Shown: positions 29,969 through 40,493, numbered from the stretch's first letter. The stretch: DNA of 64,000 bases from Eubacteriales bacterium (GCA_045636365.1 JAZTXG010000013.1:105912-169911), one strand, 5' to 3'. A program made the numbers and translations. The notes: generated by a model from the letters alone, not told the origin.

Positions 29969-30815
29969 ATTTTTTGAAATTAAGAGACGTGTGGATGATG
30001 CCATCCAACTGGCGTTTTCCGAAAAAGCATTGGGTGATTCTCGATTGATCGAACCGATGAAATATGCGGTTTTGGCTCCGGGGAAACGGATAAGAGGTGT
30101 TTTGACGCTCTCCTTCTGTGAGCGACTTTCTGTCCCCGAAGAACAGGCGATGCCGTTTGCCGTTGCGCTGGAAATGATCCATGCCTATTCTTTGGTTCAT
30201 GATGATTTGCCCGAAATGGATGATGATGATTTTCGCCGAGGATTACCAACCTGCCATAAAAAGTTTGACCACGCTACTGCGCTTTTGGCAGGGGATGGGA
30301 TCCTGAATTATGCGGTTGAATTTCTTTTGGCTCATAAAAACAAATATCAGCCGGAAGCCTTTTTGAATGCGATGAGCGCGCTTTTTTCGGCATCCGGCGC
30401 GCTTGGAATGTTGAATGGACAAGCTATTGATAAAATGGGTGAGAACCGCCCCCTTACGATGGATGAACTTATAGAACTTCATCGGATGAAAACCGGCGCG
30501 TTATTGCTGGCGCCTGTTCGAATAGCTGAGGCGTTATCCAATGAAAAGGCAGAAAATTATGTAAACTACTGCCGCAGAATAGGCCTTGCTTTTCAAATCC
30601 GAGATGATATTCTGGATGTGGAAGGCAATACCCAGCTTTTAGGAAAAGAAGTGGGAAAGGATGCTTTGGAAAACAAATCGACATTTACTTCGATTTTAGG
30701 TGTTTCCGAAGCGAAAAAATATCTGGAGCAGGAATTGGAAGTTGCAAAATCTGCAGTGCAGGATGATGCATTTTTATTGTGGATTGCTGAATATATAGGT
30801 GCGCGTAATAAATGA
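29958..30815 (+). CDS. ispA: Farnesyl diphosphate synthase (polyprenyl synthetase)
   Basis: First and second Asp-rich motifs LVHDDLPEMDDDDFRRG and FQIRDDILD. The start is set at the ATG that gives MKNEFF. Confidence 0.88.
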   Translation: MKNEFFEIKRRVDDAIQLAFSEKALGDSRLIEPMKYAVLAPGKRIRGVLTLSFCERLSVPEEQAMPFAVALEMIHAYSLVHDDLPEMDDDDFRRGLPTCHKKFDHATALLAGDGILNYAVEFLLAHKNKYQPEAFLNAMSALFSASGALGMLNGQAIDKMGENRPLTMDELIELHRMKTGALLLAPVRIAEALSNEKAENYVNYCRRIGLAFQIRDDILDVEGNTQLLGKEVGKDALENKSTFTSILGVSEAKKYLEQELEVAKSAVQDDAFLLWIAEYIGARNK

Positions 30816-30834
30816 TTAGAAAGGAGCTGCTGCA

Positions 30835-32691
30835 ATGAGTATTTTGGATCAAATTCAAAAACCTTCTGATATCAAGACATTGGATTATTCTCGCATTGCC
30901 GAATTGGGCGACGAAATACGAACATGCTTGATCAATAATGTTGCTCATACCGGCGGCCATCTTGCCAGTAATCTCGGCGTCGTTGAATTGACGATGGCTA
31001 TTCATCGTGTTTTTGATTCTCCGAAGGATCAGATTCTTTTTGATGTGGGGCATCAGTGTTATGTCCATAAACTGTTGACCGGGCGTTATAAAGAGTTTAA
31101 ATCATTGCGTCAAATGGATGGTCTTTCCGGTTTTCCATGCCCAAAAGAAAGTGTTCATGATCCGTTGAAGACGGGGCATAGCTCGACTTCGATTTCCTCT
31201 GCCGTTGGATTGCTGAAAGCCTTCCAATTAAAGGACGAGAACGATCGATATGTTATTTCCGTTGTAGGCGATGGGGCAATGACCGGCGGTCTATCCTATG
31301 AAGGTCTGAATAACGGCGGAAAAATGCGGGGAAATCTTATTGTTATTTTGAACGATAACGATATGAGCATTTCAAAAAACGTAGGTTCGCTTGCGGATTA
31401 TTTGGCAAAAATCAGATCCAGGCAAGGGTATTTTAATTTTAAAGATGTTCTCACCAGAATTACTCGAGGTACACCCTTATTTGGCAAAGCTTTTTACGCT
31501 TTTTTTCAAAAAATTAAGCGGGCGCTGAAATCTGTATTTTACCAGGGCAATATTTTTGAAAATATGGGGTTTGTCTACTTTGGTCCGATTGATGGGCATA
31601 ATCAGAGGACATTGGAACGTGTCTTAAATCGTGCTAAAGAATTAAAACGGCCATGCCTAATCCACGTTAAGACTGTAAAGGGAAAAGGCTATACATTCGC
31701 CGAAGAGCAGCCGAGTAATTTTCATGGGCTTGGTTCCTTTAATGTGGAAACCGGAAAGCAATCTTCGGATAAAAAAATCGATTTTTCTTCGGTTTTTGGT
31801 GAAGAATTATGCGCGCTTGCCGAAAAGGATTCTCGAATCTGCGCCATCACAGCAGCAATGGCATCCGGTTGTGGATTGACCGATTTTTCAAGGCGATTTC
31901 CGGAGCGCTTCTTTGATGTGGGCATTGCGGAGCAACATGCGTTGACCTTTGCCGGCGGATTGGCGCGTAATGGGATGAAGCCGGTGTTTGCAGTATATTC
32001 ATCTTTCTTACAGCGCGGATACGATCAAGTGATCCACGATCTTGCCCTTCAAGGTCACTCAATGACCATCTGTATTGACCGAGCCGGAATTGTAGGTGAG
32101 GATGGAGAAACGCATCAAGGACTGTTTGACGTGCCGATGCTGCTTCCAATTCCCAATGTTTCTGTTTTTTCTCCTGCAACATATGATGAACTTCGAAGCG
32201 CGCTTCAGCGCTCAATTTCTGCCGAGAAAGGAATTTCGGTGGTTCGTTATCCTCGCGGAAGCGCTCTTGCCGAGCAGTTATCTTTCAAAGAAGCAGATGC
32301 TGATGTTCATTGGTATGGGAATAACGATGATTTTTGCGTGGTTTCCTATGGAAGAGAAGTGGTTCCTTGCTTAAAAGCAATCCGTTTGGCGAAAGTACCG
32401 GTAACGTTTTTAAAACTGAATAAGATTTTTCCGTTATCTGAGGAGACGCTGCAAAGATTACTTCAGTTCAAAAAAATATTGTTTGTTGAAGAAGGCTTTG
32501 TGAATGGCGGCGTAGGTGCCTATTTGGGTAATTTGTTGCTGAATAATGGGTTTGGCGGTATTTTTAAAAATGTTGGCATTGAAAATTTGTTTATGAGAGC
32601 AGGAAAAACCGAAGAACTGTTGAAAGAACATCGTTTAGATGAAGAAAGCCTTGCCAAGATGATTTCTTCGATGGGAGACATCAAACAATGA
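30835..32691 (+). CDS. dxs: 1-deoxy-D-xylulose-5-phosphate synthase
   Basis: GGHLASNLG, GHSSTSIS and GDGAMTGG ThDP motifs, 618 aa. Confidence 0.95.
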   Translation: MSILDQIQKPSDIKTLDYSRIAELGDEIRTCLINNVAHTGGHLASNLGVVELTMAIHRVFDSPKDQILFDVGHQCYVHKLLTGRYKEFKSLRQMDGLSGFPCPKESVHDPLKTGHSSTSISSAVGLLKAFQLKDENDRYVISVVGDGAMTGGLSYEGLNNGGKMRGNLIVILNDNDMSISKNVGSLADYLAKIRSRQGYFNFKDVLTRITRGTPLFGKAFYAFFQKIKRALKSVFYQGNIFENMGFVYFGPIDGHNQRTLERVLNRAKELKRPCLIHVKTVKGKGYTFAEEQPSNFHGLGSFNVETGKQSSDKKIDFSSVFGEELCALAEKDSRICAITAAMASGCGLTDFSRRFPERFFDVGIAEQHALTFAGGLARNGMKPVFAVYSSFLQRGYDQVIHDLALQGHSMTICIDRAGIVGEDGETHQGLFDVPMLLPIPNVSVFSPATYDELRSALQRSISAEKGISVVRYPRGSALAEQLSFKEADADVHWYGNNDDFCVVSYGREVVPCLKAIRLAKVPVTFLKLNKIFPLSEETLQRLLQFKKILFVEEGFVNGGVGAYLGNLLLNNGFGGIFKNVGIENLFMRAGKTEELLKEHRLDEESLAKMISSMGDIKQ

Positions 32692-33479
32692 GATTTGATG
32701 TTTATTTGGTCGAAAACGGTTTCTATGAAAGTAGAAATAAAGCGTCGTCTGCAATCAAAAACGGTTGCTTTTCGGTGAACGGGGCAAAGGTTTTAAAGCC
32801 TTCATATGATATTTCGGAATCGGATGTTGTCACTTTGTTGAAGCAACAAAAAAATTATGTCGCAAGATCTGCTCATAAATTGTTGACAGCTTATGATCTG
32901 TTCGGCTTATCTTTTGATGATAAAACAGTTGTAGATCTCGGAGCTTCTACCGGCGGGTTTTGCCAAGTTTTGCTGGAAAAGGGCGCGTCAAAAGTTTATG
33001 CGGTGGACATTGGGACAGCGCAGCTGCATCCGAAAATCAAAGAAGATCCGCGAATTATTAATATGGAGCATACAAATGCGCGTTATTTAAAAGCGGATGA
33101 TTTTGATGATAAAATCGATGCAATTACAGCGGATTTGTCTTTTATATCTATTAAGACGATTTTACCCGCAATTTCCTTGGTTTTGAACGAGGGTGGTTTC
33201 GCAATTATTCTCGTCAAACCCCAATTTGAGGCCGGTCCTGCATATTTAAATAAATCCGGTGTTGTCTTGGATCGAAAGATTCATTTGCGGGTTTTAAAAG
33301 ATGTGATCGCATTTGCTTGCGAACTTGGTTTCGGAGTGAAAGGCGTTGCATTTAGCGGGCTTACCGGTGAATCGGGAAATCGCGAATATTTACTGCATTT
33401 GGAAATGCATGGTCAAACGCTGATGGATATTGAGCAAGCCTGCAGCTTGGCTGTGCAAACGGAGGAATTCCATGAATAA
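32688..33479 (+). CDS. tlyA: TlyA-family rRNA 2'-O-methyltransferase (hemolysin A-like)
   Basis: S4-like N-terminus followed by an FtsJ fold (VDLGASTGGF, DLSFIS). Confidence 0.85.
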   Translation: MRFDVYLVENGFYESRNKASSAIKNGCFSVNGAKVLKPSYDISESDVVTLLKQQKNYVARSAHKLLTAYDLFGLSFDDKTVVDLGASTGGFCQVLLEKGASKVYAVDIGTAQLHPKIKEDPRIINMEHTNARYLKADDFDDKIDAITADLSFISIKTILPAISLVLNEGGFAIILVKPQFEAGPAYLNKSGVVLDRKIHLRVLKDVIAFACELGFGVKGVAFSGLTGESGNREYLLHLEMHGQTLMDIEQACSLAVQTEEFHE

Positions 33480-34326
33480 AATAGGAATTGTTGTCAATCC
33501 CGAAAAAGATCCCGGATTAAAACGTTTGAAATATATCTTGGGTTTACTGAGAGAACATTGTTATGAAGTTGCGGTATCCTGCGGGAATTATTTTTCGAAT
33601 CAAATGTTCGATTTTTGCAGTATGGATGAGTGCTTTATGGACTCTATGCTTGTGCTTACTTTAGGCGGTGACGGGACATTGCTGCGGGCGGCCGCATATG
33701 CGAATAAGTATGATGTTCCGCTTCTTGGAGTCAATTTAGGGCATCTCGGCTTTTTGGCAGAGTTGGAATGTGAAGAATTGGAACTGCTTCCGTCGATTCT
33801 TTCCAATGAATTTGATTGTACGGAACGAATGATGCTGAAGGTTTCTGTTATAAATAACGGATTGGTATCCAATGAATTTATTGCGTTGAATGATGCTGTG
33901 ATTCGCAGCCAAAGCGGTAAACCTGCCCAGATCGTCATTTCTGATTCTGAAAAAGACTTACTTGAATATTTTTGCGATGGCTTTATTGTCGCAACCCCCA
34001 CCGGCTCCACCGCTTATTCGATGAGTGCGGGTGGACCGATATTGGAACCGCAATCGAATAATATTGTCGTGACACCGATTTGCCCCCACACACTCGGCGC
34101 TCGTTCGGTGGTGTTTGATGCCGCAAAGCAAACATTGTTTGTTCGCGTTTTGAATGCGGAAAGAATTGAACCGGTGCTGGAATGCGACGGTAATGTTATA
34201 AAAGGCCTTGTCGAGGGCGATCATGTTGCGATAACACGTCATTCAAAACCGCTAAAACTTTTGAAACTTTCCAATAAGAGTTTTTATAAGGTGTTGAACG
34301 AAAAAATCAGTCGGAGGATGTTATGA
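33472..34326 (+). CDS. nadK: NAD kinase
   Basis: GGDGTLL, NLGHLGFL and TPTGSTAYSMSAGGPI motifs. Confidence 0.9.
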   Translation: MNKIGIVVNPEKDPGLKRLKYILGLLREHCYEVAVSCGNYFSNQMFDFCSMDECFMDSMLVLTLGGDGTLLRAAAYANKYDVPLLGVNLGHLGFLAELECEELELLPSILSNEFDCTERMMLKVSVINNGLVSNEFIALNDAVIRSQSGKPAQIVISDSEKDLLEYFCDGFIVATPTGSTAYSMSAGGPILEPQSNNIVVTPICPHTLGARSVVFDAAKQTLFVRVLNAERIEPVLECDGNVIKGLVEGDHVAITRHSKPLKLLKLSNKSFYKVLNEKISRRML

Positions 34327-34775
34327 AGAATTTAAGACAGGAAGCGATTTTGAAGATCATTGAGGAACAGGCGGTCTTGACGCAAGAAATGCTCGTTTCC
34401 ATATTGCAAAACCAAGGCTGGAATGTCACGCAGGCAACCGTTTCCAGAGATATTAAAGCTCTGGGCCTTCGTAAAGCATCCGACGGAAATGAAACACGGT
34501 ATGTCAAACCTTCGGTGGGAGTTCCTCCTCAACCTGCAAAAATGCAAGCAAATTCAATTATTCAGAATGGGATTATCGATGTTGTCCCTGCGCAGAACTT
34601 TGTGATTGTCAAATGTTATGCGGGAATGGCGGGCGCGGTTTGTGCAACAATCGACGGGATGCATCTTCAAGGAGTCGCAGGCTCAATAGCAGGAGACGAT
34701 ACGATTTTTATTTGCACCTTAAATAATGAGTATGCCGAAAATATTAAAAAGGTTTTAACATCGATCAAAGGATGA
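34323..34775 (+). CDS. argR: Arginine repressor
   Basis: Winged-helix N-terminus (TQEMLVSILQNQGWNVTQATVSRDIKAL) and C-terminal GSIAGDDTIF. Confidence 0.88.
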   Translation: MKNLRQEAILKIIEEQAVLTQEMLVSILQNQGWNVTQATVSRDIKALGLRKASDGNETRYVKPSVGVPPQPAKMQANSIIQNGIIDVVPAQNFVIVKCYAGMAGAVCATIDGMHLQGVAGSIAGDDTIFICTLNNEYAENIKKVLTSIKG

Positions 34776-34783
34776 CATTTTAA

Positions 34784-36469
34784 ATGCTAAATTCATTACA
34801 TATTGAAAATATAGCGATCATCGATCATCTGGATGTTGATTTTAATAAGGGCTTTTCGGTTCTTACCGGCGAAACCGGTGCCGGAAAGAGTATTATAATC
34901 GATTCTATTCAGTTATTGGTGGGAAATAAAGCATCAAAGGATTTAATTCGAACAGGAACGGATGCTGCGATTGTCAGCGCTTGTTTTTCTGAGTTGTCGG
35001 ATGAGGCGATGGAGCTTTTGAATGAGAACGGATTGTCGCCCGATTCTGATGGTAATATTGCAATTTTTCGCAAAATTGGTGCTGATGGGCGAAATAACGC
35101 CCGCATCAATGGCGTTAATGTGACAGTTTCTTTTCTAAAGCAACTGGGGGAGCAATTAATTAATATTCACGGGCAGCACGATGGAGTGCTTCTTTTGGAT
35201 TCCAAACGTCATTTGGGGTACTTGGATGCATTTGGTGCTGTTGATGAGGCTCGGCAATCCTATGAGATTGCATATGATTCTCTTAAAGAATTGCGCGATA
35301 AATTAACCAAATGCCAGGCGATGGAAGCTTCAAAAGAAACGCGTCGAAAAGAATTGGAGCAGATTCTTGCAGAATTAGAGCAATGCGATATTCAAGCAGG
35401 TGAATACGATGAGTTGATGGATTTGCGAAAAAATCTTCTGAAGAACACCGAAATCACCGAGGCATTGCATACGGCCTCGACGACGGTTTATGACGGTGAA
35501 CTTCCTGCGGCTCAGCTTGTGAAAATGGCACTGGATAGTATGATTTCGATCGAAAAGCTATTGCCTCAAGGCGAAGAATATGTTCGCCGCCTGACTCAGA
35601 TTTCCACTGATCTGGATGATTTGGGTGCAACGCTTGGAAAATTGTTTGATTCGTATGCGGGCGATCTGATGGATCCGCAAAAACTCGAGAGCAGATTGGA
35701 TTCGTTGGATGAAATCCGAAAGAAATACGGACCGAGCGATGAAGATGTACTGCGTCTTTGGCAAAATTGCAAAGATGAGTATGAAAATTTAGACAACAAC
35801 AGCGAGCTGATAAAGGTCTTGGAGCAAGAATTTGCTGTTGCGAGAAGAAAATTGGATGAATGCGCCGATCACCTTTCGAATCAACGTAAAAAGGCGGCGA
35901 AGGCGATGGAAGAACGGTTGAAAAATGAATTGGGATATCTTGATATGCCGAGTGTTCAGTTTGTCATCGCTGTGGAAGACCGTGTAAACGATCGAGGTGG
36001 TATCCGTTATCGCAACGACGGTAAAGATGATGTTGAATTTTTCCTTTCGGCTAACGCGGGCGAAAATCCGCGTCCTTTAGCCAAAATCGCTTCCGGCGGG
36101 GAACTTTCGCGGATCATGTTGGCATTAAAGACGGTGATCAACAAAGGAGCGGATACGGTTATTTATGATGAAGTGGATACCGGTGTTTCCGGTGCAACTG
36201 CCGAAAAAATCGGCAAGAAACTTCGGGAAAGCGCAGGGGAGAAGCAGGTCTTTTCCATAACACACCTGGCTCAGATTGCAGCGCAAGCCGATCATCACTA
36301 TAAGGTTGCAAAGCAAACCGAAAACGAGCGTGTCATATCGCAAATTCATCTTTTGACACACGATCAGAAGGTTTGCGAAATCGCCCGCATCATGGGCGGT
36401 GAACAACTTTCGGAAAAGCTGCTGCAAAGTGCAGAAGAATTGCTCATAAATAATAAAAATAAAGATTGA
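34784..36469 (+). CDS. recN: DNA repair protein RecN
   Basis: SMC-like protein: GETGAGKSIIIDSI Walker A, coiled-coil middle, SGGELSR signature, VIYDEVD Walker B. Confidence 0.93.
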   Translation: MLNSLHIENIAIIDHLDVDFNKGFSVLTGETGAGKSIIIDSIQLLVGNKASKDLIRTGTDAAIVSACFSELSDEAMELLNENGLSPDSDGNIAIFRKIGADGRNNARINGVNVTVSFLKQLGEQLINIHGQHDGVLLLDSKRHLGYLDAFGAVDEARQSYEIAYDSLKELRDKLTKCQAMEASKETRRKELEQILAELEQCDIQAGEYDELMDLRKNLLKNTEITEALHTASTTVYDGELPAAQLVKMALDSMISIEKLLPQGEEYVRRLTQISTDLDDLGATLGKLFDSYAGDLMDPQKLESRLDSLDEIRKKYGPSDEDVLRLWQNCKDEYENLDNNSELIKVLEQEFAVARRKLDECADHLSNQRKKAAKAMEERLKNELGYLDMPSVQFVIAVEDRVNDRGGIRYRNDGKDDVEFFLSANAGENPRPLAKIASGGELSRIMLALKTVINKGADTVIYDEVDTGVSGATAEKIGKKLRESAGEKQVFSITHLAQIAAQADHHYKVAKQTENERVISQIHLLTHDQKVCEIARIMGGEQLSEKLLQSAEELLINNKNKD

Positions 36470-36494
36470 CATTCGATTTTTGATATGTTATAAT
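36466..36494 (+). promoter_or_regulatory. Sigma-A promoter of the rplU-prp-rpmA operon
   Basis: TTGACA, 17 nt, TATAAT, with a TGn extended -10. The -35 overlaps the recN stop codon. Confidence 0.6.
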
Positions 36495-36577
36495 CTCTTT
36501 TAGCCGCGTATGTCAGGTATTAATGGGAAACCAACCTGCCATAGCGAGTTTTCTTTAAGAAAGTGAGGTGCTTTGTA
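36495..36577 (+). promoter_or_regulatory. Possible L21-type ribosomal-protein leader
   Basis: About 80 nt of untranslated leader between a strong promoter and rplU, with local pairing potential (gtcaggt ... acctgcc). Bacillota rplU operons are known to carry such a leader, but I have not verified the structure. Confidence 0.3.
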
Positions 36578-36910
36578 ATGTACGCAATTTTTGAAACCGG
36601 CGGTAAGCAATACAAAGTGCAGGAAGGCGACATTCTTTTCATCGAAAAGTTGGACGTCGAAAACGACAGTGTTGTTACCTTTGACAAGGTGGTAAGCGTT
36701 GGCGAAGGCAAGAAGCTGAAGATTGGTAAGCCCTATGTTAAGGGTGCAACCATCGAAGCTACTGTGCTGAAGAGCGGTAAGGAAAAGAAGATCATCGTTT
36801 ATAAGATGAAGCCCAAGAAGAATTATCGCAGAAAGCAAGGCCATAGACAGCCCTATACCAAGATTCAGATCAATACGATCAATCCTACCGCTCCCAAGGC
36901 CGAAGCATAA
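36578..36910 (+). CDS. rplU: 50S ribosomal protein L21
   Basis: [18 protein letters not shown] is the canonical L21 N-terminus. Confidence 0.95.
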   Translation: MYAIFETGGKQYKVQEGDILFIEKLDVENDSVVTFDKVVSVGEGKKLKIGKPYVKGATIEATVLKSGKEKKIIVYKMKPKKNYRRKQGHRQPYTKIQINTINPTAPKAEA

Positions 36911-36913
36911 TTT

Positions 36914-37234
36914 ATGACAGCCCTTAAGGTCTATCGTAAAGATTCGCTTTATATCGGTTTTGAATGCAAAGGGCATAGCGGATATGCCGATGCAGGGGAA
37001 GATATGGTTTGTTCCGCTGTTTCGACCGCTGTCCAATATTGCATTAACTGTGGTGAGCAAATCGATCGAGTTCCAATGCAGTTGACTGTGGACCAGGAAA
37101 ACGCATTAATTCGATGTATCAGTGAAAAACCAAACGATCAGTTTTCAAAACATATCGCGATTTTGGTTGAACTGGCAGAAAGCATTGCAAAGGATTATGC
37201 AATGTATTTTAACCTTGAAATAATGGAGGTGTAA
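36914..37234 (+). CDS. prp: Ribosomal-processing cysteine protease Prp (YsxB)
   Basis: 106 aa with GHSGYADAGEDMVCSAVS (His/Cys dyad). It lies between rplU and rpmA. Confidence 0.88.
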   Translation: MTALKVYRKDSLYIGFECKGHSGYADAGEDMVCSAVSTAVQYCINCGEQIDRVPMQLTVDQENALIRCISEKPNDQFSKHIAILVELAESIAKDYAMYFNLEIMEV

Positions 37235-37237
37235 CAA

Positions 37238-37516
37238 ATGTTGTTTAATATTCAGTTTTTTGCGCATAAAAAAGGTATGGGCTCTACCAAGAACGGCAGA
37301 GATTCCGAATCCAAGCGCCTGGGTGTGAAGAGAGCCGATGGTCAGTTTGTACTCGCCGGCAATATCCTCGTTACCCAGAGAGGGACAAAGATCCATCCCG
37401 GTAACAATGTTGGCCGTGCATCCAACGATTCTTTGTTCGCTTTGATCGACGGCAAAGTGAAGTTTGAGCGCGTCGGCCGCGACAGAAAAAAGGTTTCTGT
37501 TTACGCTGTAGAGTAA
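37238..37516 (+). CDS. rpmA: 50S ribosomal protein L27, with the Prp-cleaved N-terminal extension
   Basis: [23 protein letters not shown]: a 9-residue propeptide ends in FF just before AHKKG, as in other Firmicutes. Confidence 0.95.
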   Translation: MLFNIQFFAHKKGMGSTKNGRDSESKRLGVKRADGQFVLAGNILVTQRGTKIHPGNNVGRASNDSLFALIDGKVKFERVGRDRKKVSVYAVE

Positions 37517-37523
37517 TCAGCAT

Positions 37524-37554
37524 AAAATCCCGGATCTTTTCCGGGATTTTTTTC
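37524..37554 (+). terminator. Rho-independent terminator after rpmA
   Basis: Perfect 11-bp stem aaaatcccgga/tccgggatttt followed by a T-run. Confidence 0.7.
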
Positions 37555-37583
37555 GTTTAGTATTAAAAAGGAAGATAAACAAA

Positions 37584-38852
37584 ATGTTTGTTGATGTTGC
37601 AAAAATATTTATTAAGGCGGGGAAAGGCGGCGATGGCGCTGTGGCTTTCCATCGCGAAAAATATGTGAATGCCGGTGGTCCTGATGGTGGTGATGGCGGT
37701 AAGGGTGGCGATATTATTTTCAAAGCCGACCGTAATTTGAACACTTTGATGGATTTCCGCTACAAAAGAAAATATGTTGCAGAAGATGGTAAGAACGGCG
37801 GAACCAATCAGTGTACCGGAGCCGGTGCGCCCCCGCTGGTGATTAAGGTTCCCTTTGGAACATTGATCAAAGATGCCGAGACAGGATTGCTTATCAAAGA
37901 TCTTTCCGATGATCAGCCGTTTATTGCTGCCAAAGGCGGCAATGGCGGATGGGGGAACCAGCATTTTGCGACACCCACTCGTCAAATCCCGCGGTTTGCA
38001 AAACCCGGCCAGCCCGGCGAAGAATTTCATATTCAGTTGGAACTTAAACTTATTGCGGATGTTGGCTTGATTGGTTTCCCGAATGTCGGTAAATCCACGT
38101 TTCTTTCGGTTGTATCTTCTGCAAGACCTAAGATTGCAAATTACCATTTTACGACGATGACGCCGAATCTGGGCGTTGTTGATCGGTTTGGAAATGGCTA
38201 TGTTATCGCTGATATTCCGGGCATTATTGAAGGCGCCGCGGGCGGTGCCGGGCTCGGAACTGCATTTTTGCGCCATGTTGAGCGCTGCAGAATGTTGCTC
38301 CATGTTGTGGATGTTGCAGGAACCGAAGGTCGCGATCCCATTGAGGATTTTGAAATCATCAATAATGAGCTCAAATCTTATTCCGAAACTTTGGCAAGCT
38401 TGCCCCAAATCGTGGTCGCCAATAAATGCGATGCCGTTTATGACGAAGAGCTTAAAGAGCGATTTATAAAACACGTCGAATCCAAAGGATATCCGCTCTT
38501 TATGATTTCTGCAGCCACTAAAAATGGAATTGATCCTTTGCTGGCAAAGACCGGTGAACTGCTTGAAACACTGCCTAAAACCAAAGTTTTTGAGGCGGAA
38601 TATGTCAAAACACCCGTCAACGCTGAAAAGGATAAATCCTTTACAGTCGTTAAAGAGAATGGTGTTTACGTTGTGGAAGGTGAATGGCTGTTTAAAATCC
38701 TTGAAACCATCCGTTTTGATGATTATGAATCGATGAATTTCTTCCAACGTGTGTTGCAAAGCAACGGCATCATCGAAAAATTGGAAGAAATGGGAGTTCA
38801 AGAAGGCGATCCGGTTCGAATCGGAGAGTTGGAATTCGATTATATTCGCTAA
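37584..38852 (+). CDS. obg: GTPase Obg/CgtA
   Basis: Gly-rich Obg fold (GKGGDGAVAFHREKY, GGPDGGDGGKGG), a G domain (GFPNVGKSTF, DIPG, NKCD) and a C-terminal OCT domain. Confidence 0.95.
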   Translation: MFVDVAKIFIKAGKGGDGAVAFHREKYVNAGGPDGGDGGKGGDIIFKADRNLNTLMDFRYKRKYVAEDGKNGGTNQCTGAGAPPLVIKVPFGTLIKDAETGLLIKDLSDDQPFIAAKGGNGGWGNQHFATPTRQIPRFAKPGQPGEEFHIQLELKLIADVGLIGFPNVGKSTFLSVVSSARPKIANYHFTTMTPNLGVVDRFGNGYVIADIPGIIEGAAGGAGLGTAFLRHVERCRMLLHVVDVAGTEGRDPIEDFEIINNELKSYSETLASLPQIVVANKCDAVYDEELKERFIKHVESKGYPLFMISAATKNGIDPLLAKTGELLETLPKTKVFEAEYVKTPVNAEKDKSFTVVKENGVYVVEGEWLFKILETIRFDDYESMNFFQRVLQSNGIIEKLEEMGVQEGDPVRIGELEFDYIR

Positions 38853-38864
38853 TTGAGGAGATTT

Positions 38865-39608
38865 ATGAATCAGTTTTCTGCTTTGGCAAAATTTTATGAT
38901 CGATTTGTTGGCGCGGATTATGCTGAGATTACCAATTATATTGAGAATCAAATTCGTCAATATAAACCGGATGCATCGTTGATATGTGATATCGGATGCG
39001 GAAGCGGTACGATCACATTATCTTTACTGGATAAAGGCTATGATATGATCGGTATTGACGGCAGTATCGATATGCTTTCCGAAGCGCAAAACAAGCGATT
39101 GGAACACGCAAAAGGGGATAAAGCGCTGTTTTTGTGCCAGCAATTACCGGAATTTGAACTTTACGGCACTGTGGACTGCATTATTTCGACGCTGGACACC
39201 TTGAATTATATCACGGAGCCGGATGATCTGGATCGTCTGTTTTATTGGTTCAGAAACTATCTGAATCCTAACGGACTTTTGATGTTTGATATCAATACGG
39301 AGTACAAGTATCAATCTCTTCTTGATAATCAATGCAGAATCTATGATGAAGAAGATGTCTTTATGGTCTGGCAAAGTCGTTATGATGATGGGCTATGCTA
39401 TCATGATTTATCGATTTTTAACAAATTTGGTGACCATTATAAACGTTATGATGAAGAACAGGTTCAGTGCTATTATTCGGTCGATCATATCAAAAAACTT
39501 TTGCAAAAATACGGGTTTAAAATTATTCGAATTACAGATGATTATTCGGAAAAAGTTCCCGATGAGCAGACTCAGCGTTTGACATTTGTTGCTATGAAGG
39601 AGAATTAA
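38865..39608 (+). CDS. Class I SAM-dependent methyltransferase of unknown substrate
   Basis: Motif I ICDIGCGSGTITL. The start is set at ATG 38865 (GAGGAG upstream). Confidence 0.75.
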   Translation: MNQFSALAKFYDRFVGADYAEITNYIENQIRQYKPDASLICDIGCGSGTITLSLLDKGYDMIGIDGSIDMLSEAQNKRLEHAKGDKALFLCQQLPEFELYGTVDCIISTLDTLNYITEPDDLDRLFYWFRNYLNPNGLLMFDINTEYKYQSLLDNQCRIYDEEDVFMVWQSRYDDGLCYHDLSIFNKFGDHYKRYDEEQVQCYYSVDHIKKLLQKYGFKIIRITDDYSEKVPDEQTQRLTFVAMKEN

Positions 39609-39611
39609 ACT

Positions 39612-40493
39612 ATGAAAAATCCTGGGATATCGATTCTTTCGGACAATGGAATGGTTCGGGGATATTTTCTCAATTCCAAAGAATTGGTTCAGAAGGCGTT
39701 TGAATATCATCAAACATCGCCGGTTGTTACAGCGGCATTGGGCCGATTATTGACCGCTGCCGCTATGATGGGAAGAACTTTGAAGAATGATTCCGATCTG
39801 TTGACTCTTCAGATTGATTGTGGCGGACCGATCAAATCCGCTTTGGCGACAGGCGATCGCAACTCCAAAGTAAAGGGTTATGTCGGCAACGCTATCGTTG
39901 ATATTCCGTTAAATAAAATCGGCAAGTTGGATGTCAGCGGCGCCCTTGGTCCGGGATTTTTAACTGTCTTGAGAGATAACGGCGAAGGGGAGCCCTATGT
40001 GAGCCAAACGATGTTGGTTAGCGGCGAAATCGCCGAAGATATAACCCATTATTATGCAACAAGCGAACAGACACCGACCGTATGCGCATTAGGCGTTTTG
40101 GTGGATCGGGATTATTCGGTAAAAGCTGCAGGTGGCTTTCTTTTGCAACTGTTACCCGGTGCGGACGAAGAAACCATCAGTATTTTGGAGGAGAATATTC
40201 AGAAAGTTCAAAATGTATCGTCCCTTTTTGAGCACACTTCAAACAAAGCGATTGCAGACATATTGATGGATCGCATACCATATCATATTAATGAAACTTG
40301 GAACGGCGAATACTATTGTAACTGTTCTAAAGAGAAAACCGAAAAGGTGTTGTTGAGCCTTGGTAAAAAGTCATTAGCTGAATTGATCGAAGAGGATAAA
40401 CCGGTCGAATTATGCTGTCATTTTTGCGATCAGCGTTATTCATTCGATGTTGACGAGATGAAAAATCTTTTGATTCAGGGTTTGAAAAAATAA
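39612..40493 (+). CDS. hslO: Redox-regulated chaperone Hsp33
   Basis: 293 aa with the C-terminal zinc centre CNCS ... CHFCDQRY. Confidence 0.9.
   Translation: MKNPGISILSDNGMVRGYFLNSKELVQKAFEYHQTSPVVTAALGRLLTAAAMMGRTLKNDSDLLTLQIDCGGPIKSALATGDRNSKVKGYVGNAIVDIPLNKIGKLDVSGALGPGFLTVLRDNGEGEPYVSQTMLVSGEIAEDITHYYATSEQTPTVCALGVLVDRDYSVKAAGGFLLQLLPGADEETISILEENIQKVQNVSSLFEHTSNKAIADILMDRIPYHINETWNGEYYCNCSKEKTEKVLLSLGKKSLAELIEEDKPVELCCHFCDQRYSFDVDEMKNLLIQGLKK

Noticed and set aside
36500-37060. A 186-aa minus-strand ORF across rplU and prp.
   Set aside because: It is antisense to canonical L21 and Prp genes and spans their promoter and leader. It is not credible as a gene.
37563-38960. A 465-aa ORF on the minus strand covering the whole obg gene.
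   Set aside because: It is antisense to an unmistakable Obg coding sequence. Its translation is low-complexity with no motifs and it has no SD. It is a shadow frame produced by the codon periodicity of obg.
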